Assembly (NCBI GenBank): GCA_963719085.1
Contig: CAVRAL010000004.1
Coordinates: 1,024,001 to 1,088,000, forward strand
Origin: a candidate division FCPU426 bacterium
GTDB taxonomy: Bacteria; Oederibacteriota; Muellerivitia; Muellerivitales; Muellerivitaceae
Direction: 5' to 3'
Length of the DNA stretch: 64,000 nt
A model generated the notes under the pieces. The model made no database searches. It had not been told where the DNA came from and was given only the letters and a program-made list of their open reading frames with translations. Shown piece by piece: positions 45,379 to 54,365 of this stretch (positions within the stretch are counted from its first letter, which is position 1; each line of letters opens with the position of its first letter). Position numbers and translations under genes: made by a program.

Positions 45379-47136
45379 TTGACCTTCATCAGTTTTCGAA
45401 CCAAGTTCACGATCCTCACGGTTCTTTTATCCACGATCGCCACGGGTTTTTTGGGGGGCTATTTGGTTTGGAAGTCCTATGGGTCCCTGCGGCTTCAAGC
45501 CCAAGAAGCCGAGTTGGCCCTGGCCAAGAGCATGGCGTGGCAGGTCAATCACGGGTTATCCCGGGCTTTTCAAGCGGTGGAGGCGCTTTCGAGAAAACCT
45601 GAAATGTCGGGGACGCAGCGACTGGCCATGATCTCGGAGTTGAACCTGGTGACCAATGACACGGAACTTTTGGACGGGCTGGTCCTCTATGACCTGAAGG
45701 GCCGTCCCATCGCTCGAAGCATTTTGAGCTTAAGTGAGAAAGATTTTCCGCCCGATTCTTTTATCCGCGAGAACGTGGCGCGCGCCGGCGAATTGAAGGG
45801 ATCGGTTTTGGTCAGGGTCTATCAGACGTCTTCCCATAATTGGGGTGTTGGGATCAGCGCGCCGATTTGGGATGGAAGGCGGTTAAAAGGAATATTGGTG
45901 GGGTTGCTTTACCTGCCCAACCACACCATCGGCGATTTAAAGACGGCTCAAATCGGAAAAAGCGGCTATGTTTATTTGATGGACGACCAGTCCGAACCCC
46001 TGGTCCAGCCTGATGAAACCACGCTGGCGGAAGCGCCGTTGCCCAATCCGGCGGTCCTGGCCCTGCGCCCGCTGAAGGAAGGTGTGGCGCAATTTCGGGA
46101 CGCTAATGGCGAGGAAATTTTGGCGGCCTACGCCGCGGTCCCTTCCGCCAACTGGGGGGTGGTGGTCCGGGAGTCGGCGGATGAATGCTACGCGCCGGCG
46201 GACCACATGCTGAAGTTCATGACTTGTTTTCTGGGGCTTTCATTGTTATTCACGCTGATTGTAGCCTTGGCGATTTCAAAGCGAATGGTGGAGCCCTTAT
46301 TGCGGTTGACCCAAAGGGTGCAAGCTTACAAGACCGATTCCCCGCCTAACCGCTTTTCGGACGCCCACGAGCCCCAGGATGAGATCGGGATTTTAAACCA
46401 GGCGCTCGGCAGTATGGCCCGCCGCATCCAGATCGACGCCCAGGCCCGGGAAAAGGCGCTCCTGAGGGCATTGCAATTTGAGCGAAAACTTTCCGAATCC
46501 GAGCGCTTGGCCGCCATCGGCCAATTGGCGGCGGGATTGGCCCATGAGCTCAATAATCCCCTGACCGTGATCTTGGGATCGGCCCAATTGGCCCGGGAAT
46601 CCAAAGGAAAGGTTTTGCGGCAATGGATCGATACTATTCTCAACGAATCGGAAAGATGCCAAAGGCTTGTCCGGGATTTGTTGGATTTCGCCCGGCCGAG
46701 GAAGCTTCGTTTCCGTAAAACGGATTTAACCCTTTTGGCCCGGCAAACCTGGGAACAGTTGAGCATGGGGTCTTTGACCCATTTAAAGCTTGAAATGCGT
46801 GAAGCCAGGTTCACGGCCCGCGTGGATCCGGATCGGTTTAAACAAGTCTTGATTAACATCTTCTCAAACGCCCGGGAGGCCATGTCGTCCGGGATGGTCG
46901 AAGTGGTTTTTCAACGAAGGGGGCGCACAGTGCTGATGTCGGTCCGGGACCAAGGGGAGGGGTTTCAGCCAAAAAACCCTGAGGTTTTATTTCGGCCCTT
47001 TTTTACCACCAAATCCTCGGGGACCGGATTAGGGCTGGCCATAGCCCGGGCGATCATGCAATCCCATGGCGGCCGAATCTGGGCCGCGCGAAATAAGCCC
47101 CGGGGATCGGTGTTTCATTTGCAATGGAAGGGTTAA
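45379..47136 (+). CDS. Sensor histidine kinase (dCache + HAMP + HisKA + HATPase)
   Basis: Two TM segments, GKSGYVYLMD, DEIGIL, AHELNNPL, PFFTTK..GTGLGL. Confidence 0.93.
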   Translation: MTFISFRTKFTILTVLLSTIATGFLGGYLVWKSYGSLRLQAQEAELALAKSMAWQVNHGLSRAFQAVEALSRKPEMSGTQRLAMISELNLVTNDTELLDGLVLYDLKGRPIARSILSLSEKDFPPDSFIRENVARAGELKGSVLVRVYQTSSHNWGVGISAPIWDGRRLKGILVGLLYLPNHTIGDLKTAQIGKSGYVYLMDDQSEPLVQPDETTLAEAPLPNPAVLALRPLKEGVAQFRDANGEEILAAYAAVPSANWGVVVRESADECYAPADHMLKFMTCFLGLSLLFTLIVALAISKRMVEPLLRLTQRVQAYKTDSPPNRFSDAHEPQDEIGILNQALGSMARRIQIDAQAREKALLRALQFERKLSESERLAAIGQLAAGLAHELNNPLTVILGSAQLARESKGKVLRQWIDTILNESERCQRLVRDLLDFARPRKLRFRKTDLTLLARQTWEQLSMGSLTHLKLEMREARFTARVDPDRFKQVLINIFSNAREAMSSGMVEVVFQRRGRTVLMSVRDQGEGFQPKNPEVLFRPFFTTKSSGTGLGLAIARAIMQSHGGRIWAARNKPRGSVFHLQWKG

Positions 47137-47175
47137 AGGCGCCGAAAGATTTTCACAAGCAAGGAGCCGAATCAT

Positions 47176-48549
47176 ATGCCTGAAAAAGAAAAAATCCTCG
47201 TGGTGGATGACGAGCCGGGAGTCCGCCAACTTTTGAAGGCTCTATTGGAACAAAAGGGCTACCGGGCCACTTGTTTGGAACGGGCGGAAGACGCCGTGGA
47301 GATATTGGGCCGGGAGCGTTTTTCCCTCATTCTGACCGATCTTCGGCTGCCGGGAATGAAGGGCGAGGAATTGGTCGCCTGGATGAAACGGCAAAGGATT
47401 CGCACCCCCGTCATCGTGATTTCGGCCTTCGGGGATCAGTCGAAAATCGTCGAGGTCATCAGACGCGGGGCCGATGATTATTTGTCCAAGCCTTTTAAGC
47501 CCGAGGATTTGGAAATCGTGATCCTGAAGTCATTGGCCAAAAACCGGCTAGTGGCGGAAAATGAAAAGCTCCGAAAAGAGATTTCCGGGGGAGCCTTGGG
47601 CGGTATGGTGGGGCGTTCCCGGCCCATGGAAAATGTTTTTCAAATTTTGCGCAAGCTGGCCGCCAGTTCCTATACGGTTTTGATCACCGGGGAGTCGGGG
47701 GTGGGGAAGGAATTGGCCGCCCGGGCGATTCACGAACTTTCACCCCGGGCCCAGGGCCCCTTTGTGCAAATCAACGCGGGTAGTCTTCCGGTTTCCTTAT
47801 TCGAGGCCGAGCTTTTCGGCGTTTTGAAAGGGGCCTATACGGACGCCGTCCAAAGCCGGGACGGCCTTTTTCAGGCCGCCCATGGCGGAACCCTTTTTTT
47901 GGATGAGGTCGCTGAGATCCCCATGGAAGTCCAAGCCAAGCTTCTGCGGGTTTTGGAATCAGGCGAGGTCAAGGTTTTAGGCGAGAGTCGATCCAAAAAA
48001 GTGGATGTCCGCGTGGTGGCGGCGACGAATCGGGATCTAAACGCCATGGTGGAAGCCGGGCAATTTCGTAAGGATTTATTTTATCGTCTATCGGTTTTGC
48101 CTATTTCGATCCCGCCCTTGCGGGAAAGACGGGAAGACATCCCGCTTTTAGTGGATTGTTTTTTAAGGCGGCAGGAAAGTTTGGGGAATGAGCAAAAGCA
48201 TCTGTCGGTGGAAGGGATCAAGGCCCTGGTTTCTCATTCTTGGCCGGGGAACGTGCGGGAGCTGAAAAACACGTTGGAACGGGCCATTCTTCTGGCGGAC
48301 GGCAGTGAAATTGACGCGGAGGATTTGTTTTTACCCCTGCGCGCGGATGGACTGGCCTACGGCGGGAAGTTCCGGGAGGCCAAGCGGGAGCATTTGCAAG
48401 CTTTTGAAAAGAACTATTTAAGCCAGCTTTTGCGCCAGAGCGCCGGGAATGTTTCAAAGGCCGCGTTGGAGGCGGGGTTGGCCCGCCGGAATTTTCAAAA
48501 TTTGCTTAAAAAACATCACTTAAAACCCTCTGCTTTTAAAAAAGGCTGA
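47176..48549 (+). CDS. NtrC-family sigma-54-dependent response regulator (PilR-like by context)
   Basis: Receiver domain (VDDE, TD, KPF), GESGVGKE, GAYTDA loop, LFLDEV, FRKDLFYRL, WPGNVREL, Fis-type HTH. Confidence 0.95.
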   Translation: MPEKEKILVVDDEPGVRQLLKALLEQKGYRATCLERAEDAVEILGRERFSLILTDLRLPGMKGEELVAWMKRQRIRTPVIVISAFGDQSKIVEVIRRGADDYLSKPFKPEDLEIVILKSLAKNRLVAENEKLRKEISGGALGGMVGRSRPMENVFQILRKLAASSYTVLITGESGVGKELAARAIHELSPRAQGPFVQINAGSLPVSLFEAELFGVLKGAYTDAVQSRDGLFQAAHGGTLFLDEVAEIPMEVQAKLLRVLESGEVKVLGESRSKKVDVRVVAATNRDLNAMVEAGQFRKDLFYRLSVLPISIPPLRERREDIPLLVDCFLRRQESLGNEQKHLSVEGIKALVSHSWPGNVRELKNTLERAILLADGSEIDAEDLFLPLRADGLAYGGKFREAKREHLQAFEKNYLSQLLRQSAGNVSKAALEAGLARRNFQNLLKKHHLKPSAFKKG

Positions 48550-48592
48550 TCTTTCCAAATCTCCCCAATCGAATGGAATGGCTCCCGGAAGA

Positions 48593-48694
48593 TGCATTAA
48601 AAAAAACGCATTTTGTATTTTTGAATGCACCTTAATCTCCTGGGTTTATCGAATAACTGCAAAAAAACAACATTTCCATGGCACGGTTCCTGCT
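48593..48694 (+). promoter_or_regulatory. Sigma-54 -24/-12 promoter with candidate upstream activator sites
   Basis: TGGCACGGTTCCTGCT at 48679-48694; TGCAT...ATGCA inverted motif at 48593-48629; AT-rich spacer. Confidence 0.75.
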
Positions 48695-48730
48695 TTAAGG
48701 GATGGGAATGTCGTTCAGGTTGGGGGGAGT

Positions 48731-48922
48731 ATGAGGCGTTTTTTAGAAATATTGTTTCTTTTATCGATCGTCTTGATGAGTTTTGGGGTTACGAAAGTCA
48801 AACGAGGAGTCTTATTCTTCGGATGGCATCCGGTGCGGATGACGGTTCCCGCGCCCCCCATGACGGCGGTGAATGAAAAACCCTCCCAAAAGATCGCCAT
48901 TAAAGATTTAAAAAGTTATTAA
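48731..48922 (+). CDS. Small (63 aa) membrane-anchored hypothetical protein
   Basis: GGGGAG RBS, ATG just downstream of the sigma-54 promoter, N-terminal hydrophobic segment. Confidence 0.5.
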   Translation: MRRFLEILFLLSIVLMSFGVTKVKRGVLFFGWHPVRMTVPAPPMTAVNEKPSQKIAIKDLKSY

Positions 48923-48999
48923 AGGTTTTCGGCCGCGGATTCTTTTGGGTCAAAAAGGGATCCAGGTTAAGTCCATTCAAAGGTTTTGGAGGAAGAAAA

Positions 49000-49458
49000 A
49001 TGGTTCGTCAAAAAGCTAAAAAAGGGTTTACGCTCATTGAGTTGATGATCGTGGTCGCGATCATCGGTATTTTGGCCGCTATCGCTATCCCGCGTTTCGC
49101 CCAGATGCTTGAGAAGTCGCGCGAGGGCGCTACCAAGGGAAACTTGGGCAGCTTCAAGTCGGCGGCTTCGATTTATTATGGGGACGTGCAAGGCGTGTGG
49201 CCGACGACGCTTAATTCCCAGTCCGTTTACTCCTTCAGCAAGTACCTGGATAATATCTATCCGGTGAAAGTCACGGGAGCTTTTGTGGCCGGTTCGAAGA
49301 GCCCGGCGGGGAATAAAGTCGTGGTGGTCTCGCAATCGGTGGCTCCCACGGTCGGAAGCAGCGGTTGGATGTACGACAGCACGGGCGGAACCGTTTATGT
49401 CAACAGCACGGTTCAAGATTCCAAACAGATCCCCTATTCGTACTATGGGTTCGAATAG
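49000..49458 (+). CDS. Type IV pilin / pseudopilin
   Basis: KKG|FTLIELMIVVAIIGILAAIAIP class III signal with E5; GGAGG RBS. Confidence 0.92.
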   Translation: MVRQKAKKGFTLIELMIVVAIIGILAAIAIPRFAQMLEKSREGATKGNLGSFKSAASIYYGDVQGVWPTTLNSQSVYSFSKYLDNIYPVKVTGAFVAGSKSPAGNKVVVVSQSVAPTVGSSGWMYDSTGGTVYVNSTVQDSKQIPYSYYGFE

Positions 49459-49484
49459 AATTTTATCCTTAAGTGAATGACGCG

Positions 49485-49513
49485 AAAAGGGCGGCCTTCG
49501 GGCCGCCCTTTTT
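49485..49513 (+). terminator. Rho-independent terminator (possibly bidirectional)
   Basis: AAAAGGGCGGCC-TTCG-GGCCGCCCTTTT with a cUUCGg loop. Confidence 0.92.
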
Positions 49514-49800
49514 GGTTTAAGCGCGTAAGACGGCGGTTCAACATTCTCAAGTTCATTGCCGGCAACGCCCCGACAGAGCCTTAAATAAATCAATGAAACC
49601 CCAGCTTATCGATGCCTTTAAAAATCCTTTCGAATTCCAGCCCTCCCCCCAAACCGCCGGATCATTGTCTCGAGGCTCCCGGGGCCGCCGATGGCTAAAG
49701 CTGGGACGGGTTCACTTGTCTTGCGCGGATTATTTTTGTGCTAAGATGACGTCCTTATAGGGTTTGAGAAGCGCGCCGGATTTTCGGCAAAGGGGATTTC

Positions 49801-52065
49801 ATGCTGAATCCTGAACAAATCCAACTTGCCTCCACCGCCGTGCGGGAATTGCGCGTCGCCCTCTCCAATTTTTTCCTTTATTCCGAAGAAAACGCCATGG
49901 TTCAGCAGTCACTCGACCGGTTTCTGGCCAATCTCAACAAGTTATTCGCGACCATGCCATCCATTTCTTTGGGGGAGTCGGAAGGCCGCTTGGTGGTGGA
50001 AGGCGCGCCCCTGGACGAGCGCTCCACGGGATCCCTGAATATGATCAAAGACCTGTTTCTGGTCCAAAAAATACAGAGCTTGGCTTTTTTAAAAGGGATC
50101 CAGGCCTCCGAGCTTAAAACTTTTTTTGGTCTTTTGAGGCCCAAAACCCTTTCCGCGGGGCAATCCTTGGCGCGGGCTTTGGAGGGAAAAAAATTACCCC
50201 ATCTGAAACTGAATGAGAAGGTCTTTGTGGCCATCAAGGACGGGGAGAAGGTGGTTTCGGGAGCGTCCGCCGCGGCGGAATCCAGCGCCTTGGGTGGCGA
50301 GGAAAATCTGCAGGAAGCCCTAGAGGCGCTTCAATATTTCCTTCAAATTTTCGCCCGGGTCAGGCCCGAGACCAGTAAAAAGGAAGTGGGTCAAAAGCTG
50401 ATGGAGCATTTGGGGGATTGGTTGAAATCGGAGGATCTTTTGAGCCTCCCGGCCACTTCGGGGGCGAGGGCGGTTTCCGGCGCTTCTTCCGCCCACGCCG
50501 TTTCAAACTGGCAAAATATGCTGGAAGGATTCCTCAAACTCAAGAAGACCCTGGCGGGGGTCAAAGAACCCCAGCAAGTTAAAACCGCCCAATTGAGCCT
50601 GGATGATCTTTTGAAAAAGCTTGTCTTTTTGGGGGAGGGCCAGGGATTGGGGGCCGGCGAGGCCGGGGCTTCCATCGCTTCCGGGGCCTCGGAACAGCAG
50701 CCGGTTCTTTTTGAAATGGATCCCGTCTTTGAAAAGCTCCAGTCCGGGCAGTTGGAAGTTTTATCCGACCCTTCCTTGGAAGGGCCTGTGGGGGACGCCT
50801 TGCTCCGCCTGCAGTCTTTACCCCAAGGGGAGGCCTTTCACGCGGTTTGGGACGGGCTTTGGAAAAATATTTTTTCCGGGGATGAAAAAATCCAAAGCCA
50901 AGGGTTGCGGCATTTGAACCGGCTGCAATGGGATCGGATGCCCCGGCCGCTTCAACTGGCGGGATTTCAGAACTTGAGGCACTTTCTCTCCGGCGAACCC
51001 TCCGCTTCCGGCTATTTCGTCGCCTTGTCCCTGGTTCAAAACTGGCTTCCACTGGAACTGAACAAGCCTTCCTGGGAAGAAGTCGCCGCGATGACCCAAG
51101 CCTTGGGCGTCTTGGCTAAACGCAATCCGCCCCTTTTCGAGCGCCAGGATGAGGCGGCTCGGGCGACTCTCTCGTCGATTTTTTATCCTCCGGCGCTGGA
51201 AAGCCTTTATGGGGCTGAAACTTCGGGGGAATCGGAAAAAGGATTGAAGACCCGGCTATTTTCGACCCTCGCCTCGCTTACGGCGCCCTTTCTCATGGAC
51301 AAGGTCCAGCGTCAATCGCCGGATTCGGATGACTGGAAGAAAGCGGTGGACCTTTTAAATCAAATCGAGACGGCGGGAATTCCGGTCTATGAGCGATGGA
51401 TCAGCCGCCATGAAAGCCCGGAAGAATGGGCCGCCTTTTTGGGGATGTTCGAGCGGGTCAATTTCAGTCCGGCTTTAGCCGACTATCTGGAAAAAAATTG
51501 GAACGCCCTGGCGATGGAAAACAGATTAAGCGTAATCACTTTGGTCGGGCGCTGGAAAAGGACGGACTTCCATCCCTTGGTCCTGGAATTGCTGCACGGC
51601 ATCTCGCCCGAACTGGCTTTGGCCGCTTTAAAAATCCTGCCCCGGATCGCGATGGAGGGTGATTCCCGAAGGGTCATCTTGGAGCTTAAAAACTACGCCA
51701 TGGATTCGCCGGCCCGGGAGCCTTTTTGGCTGGAAACCTGCAAAGCGCTGGGCGGCCTGGCCGAACCCTACGCCCTTTCGGATTTAATGGAATGGGCGGG
51801 GAAATATAAATTTTTGGAAAACAAAAAAGAGCGCAGCGCGGCCGTTCGGCTGGCGGCTTTAGAAGCTTTAGGCCAGTTCAAATCCGAGCGGGTCGCCGTC
51901 TTTTTAACCAAGCTTCAGGAAGACGAGCGCGAAATGCGCCCCGCGATTCAAGGGGTTCTGGAAAAGGTCCGGAAAAGAATCCAGGAAGGCGGCGGAACGA
52001 TTGAATCAAACGAATCTTCCGCGAACGCCGCCGTTGAAAACACGGGCCAGGATTTCATCGAATGA
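49801..52065 (+). CDS. Large helical hypothetical protein with C-terminal HEAT-like repeats
   Basis: VRLAALEALGQF and ALAALKILPRI repeats; no signal peptide. Confidence 0.7.
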   Translation: MLNPEQIQLASTAVRELRVALSNFFLYSEENAMVQQSLDRFLANLNKLFATMPSISLGESEGRLVVEGAPLDERSTGSLNMIKDLFLVQKIQSLAFLKGIQASELKTFFGLLRPKTLSAGQSLARALEGKKLPHLKLNEKVFVAIKDGEKVVSGASAAAESSALGGEENLQEALEALQYFLQIFARVRPETSKKEVGQKLMEHLGDWLKSEDLLSLPATSGARAVSGASSAHAVSNWQNMLEGFLKLKKTLAGVKEPQQVKTAQLSLDDLLKKLVFLGEGQGLGAGEAGASIASGASEQQPVLFEMDPVFEKLQSGQLEVLSDPSLEGPVGDALLRLQSLPQGEAFHAVWDGLWKNIFSGDEKIQSQGLRHLNRLQWDRMPRPLQLAGFQNLRHFLSGEPSASGYFVALSLVQNWLPLELNKPSWEEVAAMTQALGVLAKRNPPLFERQDEAARATLSSIFYPPALESLYGAETSGESEKGLKTRLFSTLASLTAPFLMDKVQRQSPDSDDWKKAVDLLNQIETAGIPVYERWISRHESPEEWAAFLGMFERVNFSPALADYLEKNWNALAMENRLSVITLVGRWKRTDFHPLVLELLHGISPELALAALKILPRIAMEGDSRRVILELKNYAMDSPAREPFWLETCKALGGLAEPYALSDLMEWAGKYKFLENKKERSAAVRLAALEALGQFKSERVAVFLTKLQEDEREMRPAIQGVLEKVRKRIQEGGGTIESNESSANAAVENTGQDFIE

Positions 52066-54350
52066 AAAAAGGCCGATCCCGTCCAGTGGCGGCCGATGTG
52101 TCAATGGGCCGCTCCACTCGGTTTGACCGGCCTTCCCTCGTTTTTTATTTTATCCTCGTCTTGGGCGCCTTGGGCCCGGGATTATTTTTTGAAAAAGCTT
52201 ATTTTGAAGGCGATCTGATTGGTTATTTTATTCCGGTTTGGGATTTCATCCGGCATTCTCTGGCCGGGGGCCACTGGCCTTTATGGTGTCCCTACCTTCT
52301 CGGAGGACAGCCCTTCGCGGCGGATCCCAACTGCATGGTTTTTTATCCTCCGGCCTATCTTTATTTGATTCCCTCGCGGGCGTTAGGGTCGGGGTTTTAT
52401 TATGGATTGCACCTTTTTTTAGCTTTTTTAGGGGCGCATCTTTGGCTCCGCGCCGCGGGGTTTTCGACAAACGTCTGCCGGGTGGGGGCCGTCCTCTACG
52501 GACTATCCGGTTTTTTTTGGTGGGAACTTATTCATCCCCCGGTTTTAACCGGATACGCTTGGCTGCCCTGGTGGGGATTCGCGTTGGAAGAGGTGGCGAG
52601 GACCTCAAAAAGACGTTGGGCTTTCGCCGGCGGAGTCTTCTTGGCGCTTCTGTTTTTATCGGGCCATTTTCAAGTGTTTTTGGGGGCGGTTTACGGCGGG
52701 GCGGTTTATTTTTTATTCAGGGTCCTCGCGCTTTCCCGAGGCCGTTGGCAAAGCGCGGTGGATTGGAAAAAGGTCTTTTTACTGTCGGCGGTTTTGGCCT
52801 GGGGCGCCCTTCCTTTGCTGGTTTTGGCCGTGCCCTTTTTGGAGTTCTCGAACCATTCGGGCCGGGTCCATCAAACTTTCGATTATCTTAACTTCAACGC
52901 GGATCTATCGGACAATCCCCGGATGCTTTTTAAGTTTTTTTTCCCCAGCCCGGCTTTTGGTCAAGCTTTTCAGCCGGATGTTCTTCCCGCGGATATCCTG
53001 GAAAACGCGGGTTACTTGGGCATCTGGTTTCCTTTTTTGTTTTTCTTGGCCTTTCGGAACACCGCTCGGCGTCTCTGGTTTTGGTTTTGGTCCGGATGCG
53101 GAGTTTTAGCTTTATTAATGGCTTTAGGCAAATACACCCCCTTGCACCGGTTCGTTTGTGAAAGGTTATTGGGTTTTGAGTTCGTGCGGGCGCCTTACCG
53201 CTTTGTGTATCTTTATGTTGTCGCGGGCGTCTTTTTGGCGGCCTTGGGTTTGGAATTTTTAGAAACACGCAAACCCCAAGAGCTGAAAAAACTGGGATGG
53301 GGCGTTTTCTTTTACGCGGGGGTCTTGTCCGGAGCGGCGTTTTTCAGATTCCCCCAACAGGCGCCGGCGTTAGTGGGCCTTGGATTGGGGGGAGCAGGTT
53401 TGTGGATCTGGTTTCGAGGCCGCTCTTTGTCGCGCGCGGGCCGGTGGCTATTTGCGGCGGGATTGGCGCTTTCCATGATCCTCGGCGGATGGCGGACTTG
53501 TCCCTCGCGGCTTGGCCCGGAGTCGAACTTTGATTTCGCCAAAAACCGGCCGGAGCTATTGGAACTTAGACAAAGGACCGGGCTGGGCCGTACTTTCATC
53601 GACGGGGACATCGATTATCCCCTGGAGACAGGCGGAAAAATTTTAATTGGAAAACTTCCGCCGGATGCGGCCCTCTCTCTTGGGATTCGGGATGTTCAAG
53701 GTTACAACCCCCTTTCGCTTTGGAAGACTTCCCAGTTGTTTTGGCTGCCGTTTGAAAGCACCGTCCGTCTATTAGCGGTTCAGTCGATCATCAAGGGGAC
53801 CGGAGATTCTTTCACTCGAGCCGGGTTTAAGCAGGCAAAATTAGGATCGGTTTATTTTTGTTTCGCTCCAAAGCCTTATCCCTATGTGTACGCGCCCGAG
53901 CGGTTTGAGGTCGTCCCGTCGGACGAGCGGCGGCTTACCTTGATGGGTCAAAAAGATTTTAATCCCTATCTCTTGAGCTATTTATCGGATGCTCCACCGG
54001 CGGAAGCGCCGGCTGCCGATTTGCCCAAACCGGATGAGTTAACCTATCAGTTGATCCGGGATGACCCGGATGAGCAGGTGTTCCAAGTTCAAAGGAAGCA
54101 AAGCGGTTGGACGGTTTTCAGTGAGGTGGTTTATCCGGGATGGAAGGTTTGGGTGGACGGGAAGCGGACGGCGCTGTTGACGGCCAACCATGTTTTTCGA
54201 ACGGTGTATGTGCCGGCGGGGGAGCATGAAGTAAGGTTCAGTTATGAGCCGGTTTGGTGGACGCCGATCCGCGCGGGGCTTTGTCTTTGGCTTTTGTCGG
54301 TGCTGGCTCTCGTTTGGCGCCCCTGGCGCCAATGGGCTTGGGGAAATTGA
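52062..54350 (+). CDS. YfhO-family (GT-C fold) membrane glycosyltransferase-like protein, copy 1
   Basis: GD motif in the first loop, WPLWCPY..GGQPF.ADP, many TM segments, RAPYRF, C-terminal YPGWKVWVDG..AN..FR.VYVPAGEHEV.F.YEP. Confidence 0.85.
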   Translation: MKKGRSRPVAADVSMGRSTRFDRPSLVFYFILVLGALGPGLFFEKAYFEGDLIGYFIPVWDFIRHSLAGGHWPLWCPYLLGGQPFAADPNCMVFYPPAYLYLIPSRALGSGFYYGLHLFLAFLGAHLWLRAAGFSTNVCRVGAVLYGLSGFFWWELIHPPVLTGYAWLPWWGFALEEVARTSKRRWAFAGGVFLALLFLSGHFQVFLGAVYGGAVYFLFRVLALSRGRWQSAVDWKKVFLLSAVLAWGALPLLVLAVPFLEFSNHSGRVHQTFDYLNFNADLSDNPRMLFKFFFPSPAFGQAFQPDVLPADILENAGYLGIWFPFLFFLAFRNTARRLWFWFWSGCGVLALLMALGKYTPLHRFVCERLLGFEFVRAPYRFVYLYVVAGVFLAALGLEFLETRKPQELKKLGWGVFFYAGVLSGAAFFRFPQQAPALVGLGLGGAGLWIWFRGRSLSRAGRWLFAAGLALSMILGGWRTCPSRLGPESNFDFAKNRPELLELRQRTGLGRTFIDGDIDYPLETGGKILIGKLPPDAALSLGIRDVQGYNPLSLWKTSQLFWLPFESTVRLLAVQSIIKGTGDSFTRAGFKQAKLGSVYFCFAPKPYPYVYAPERFEVVPSDERRLTLMGQKDFNPYLLSYLSDAPPAEAPAADLPKPDELTYQLIRDDPDEQVFQVQRKQSGWTVFSEVVYPGWKVWVDGKRTALLTANHVFRTVYVPAGEHEVRFSYEPVWWTPIRAGLCLWLLSVLALVWRPWRQWAWGN

Positions 54351-54365
54351 AAGGGATGAAAACAA
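53879..54365 (+). repeat. Near-identical 3' block of the YfhO-like genes, copy 1 (others at 56152-56638 and 58431-58894)
   Basis: Offsets 2273 and 4552; few SNPs; includes the intergenic AAGGG and ATGAAAACAA of the next gene. Confidence 0.93.

Noticed and set aside
47176..48549. GAYTDA instead of GAFTGA as a sign of a sigma-54-independent activator
   Set aside because: Tyr and Asp variants of this loop occur in functional activators, and a good -24/-12 promoter lies directly downstream.
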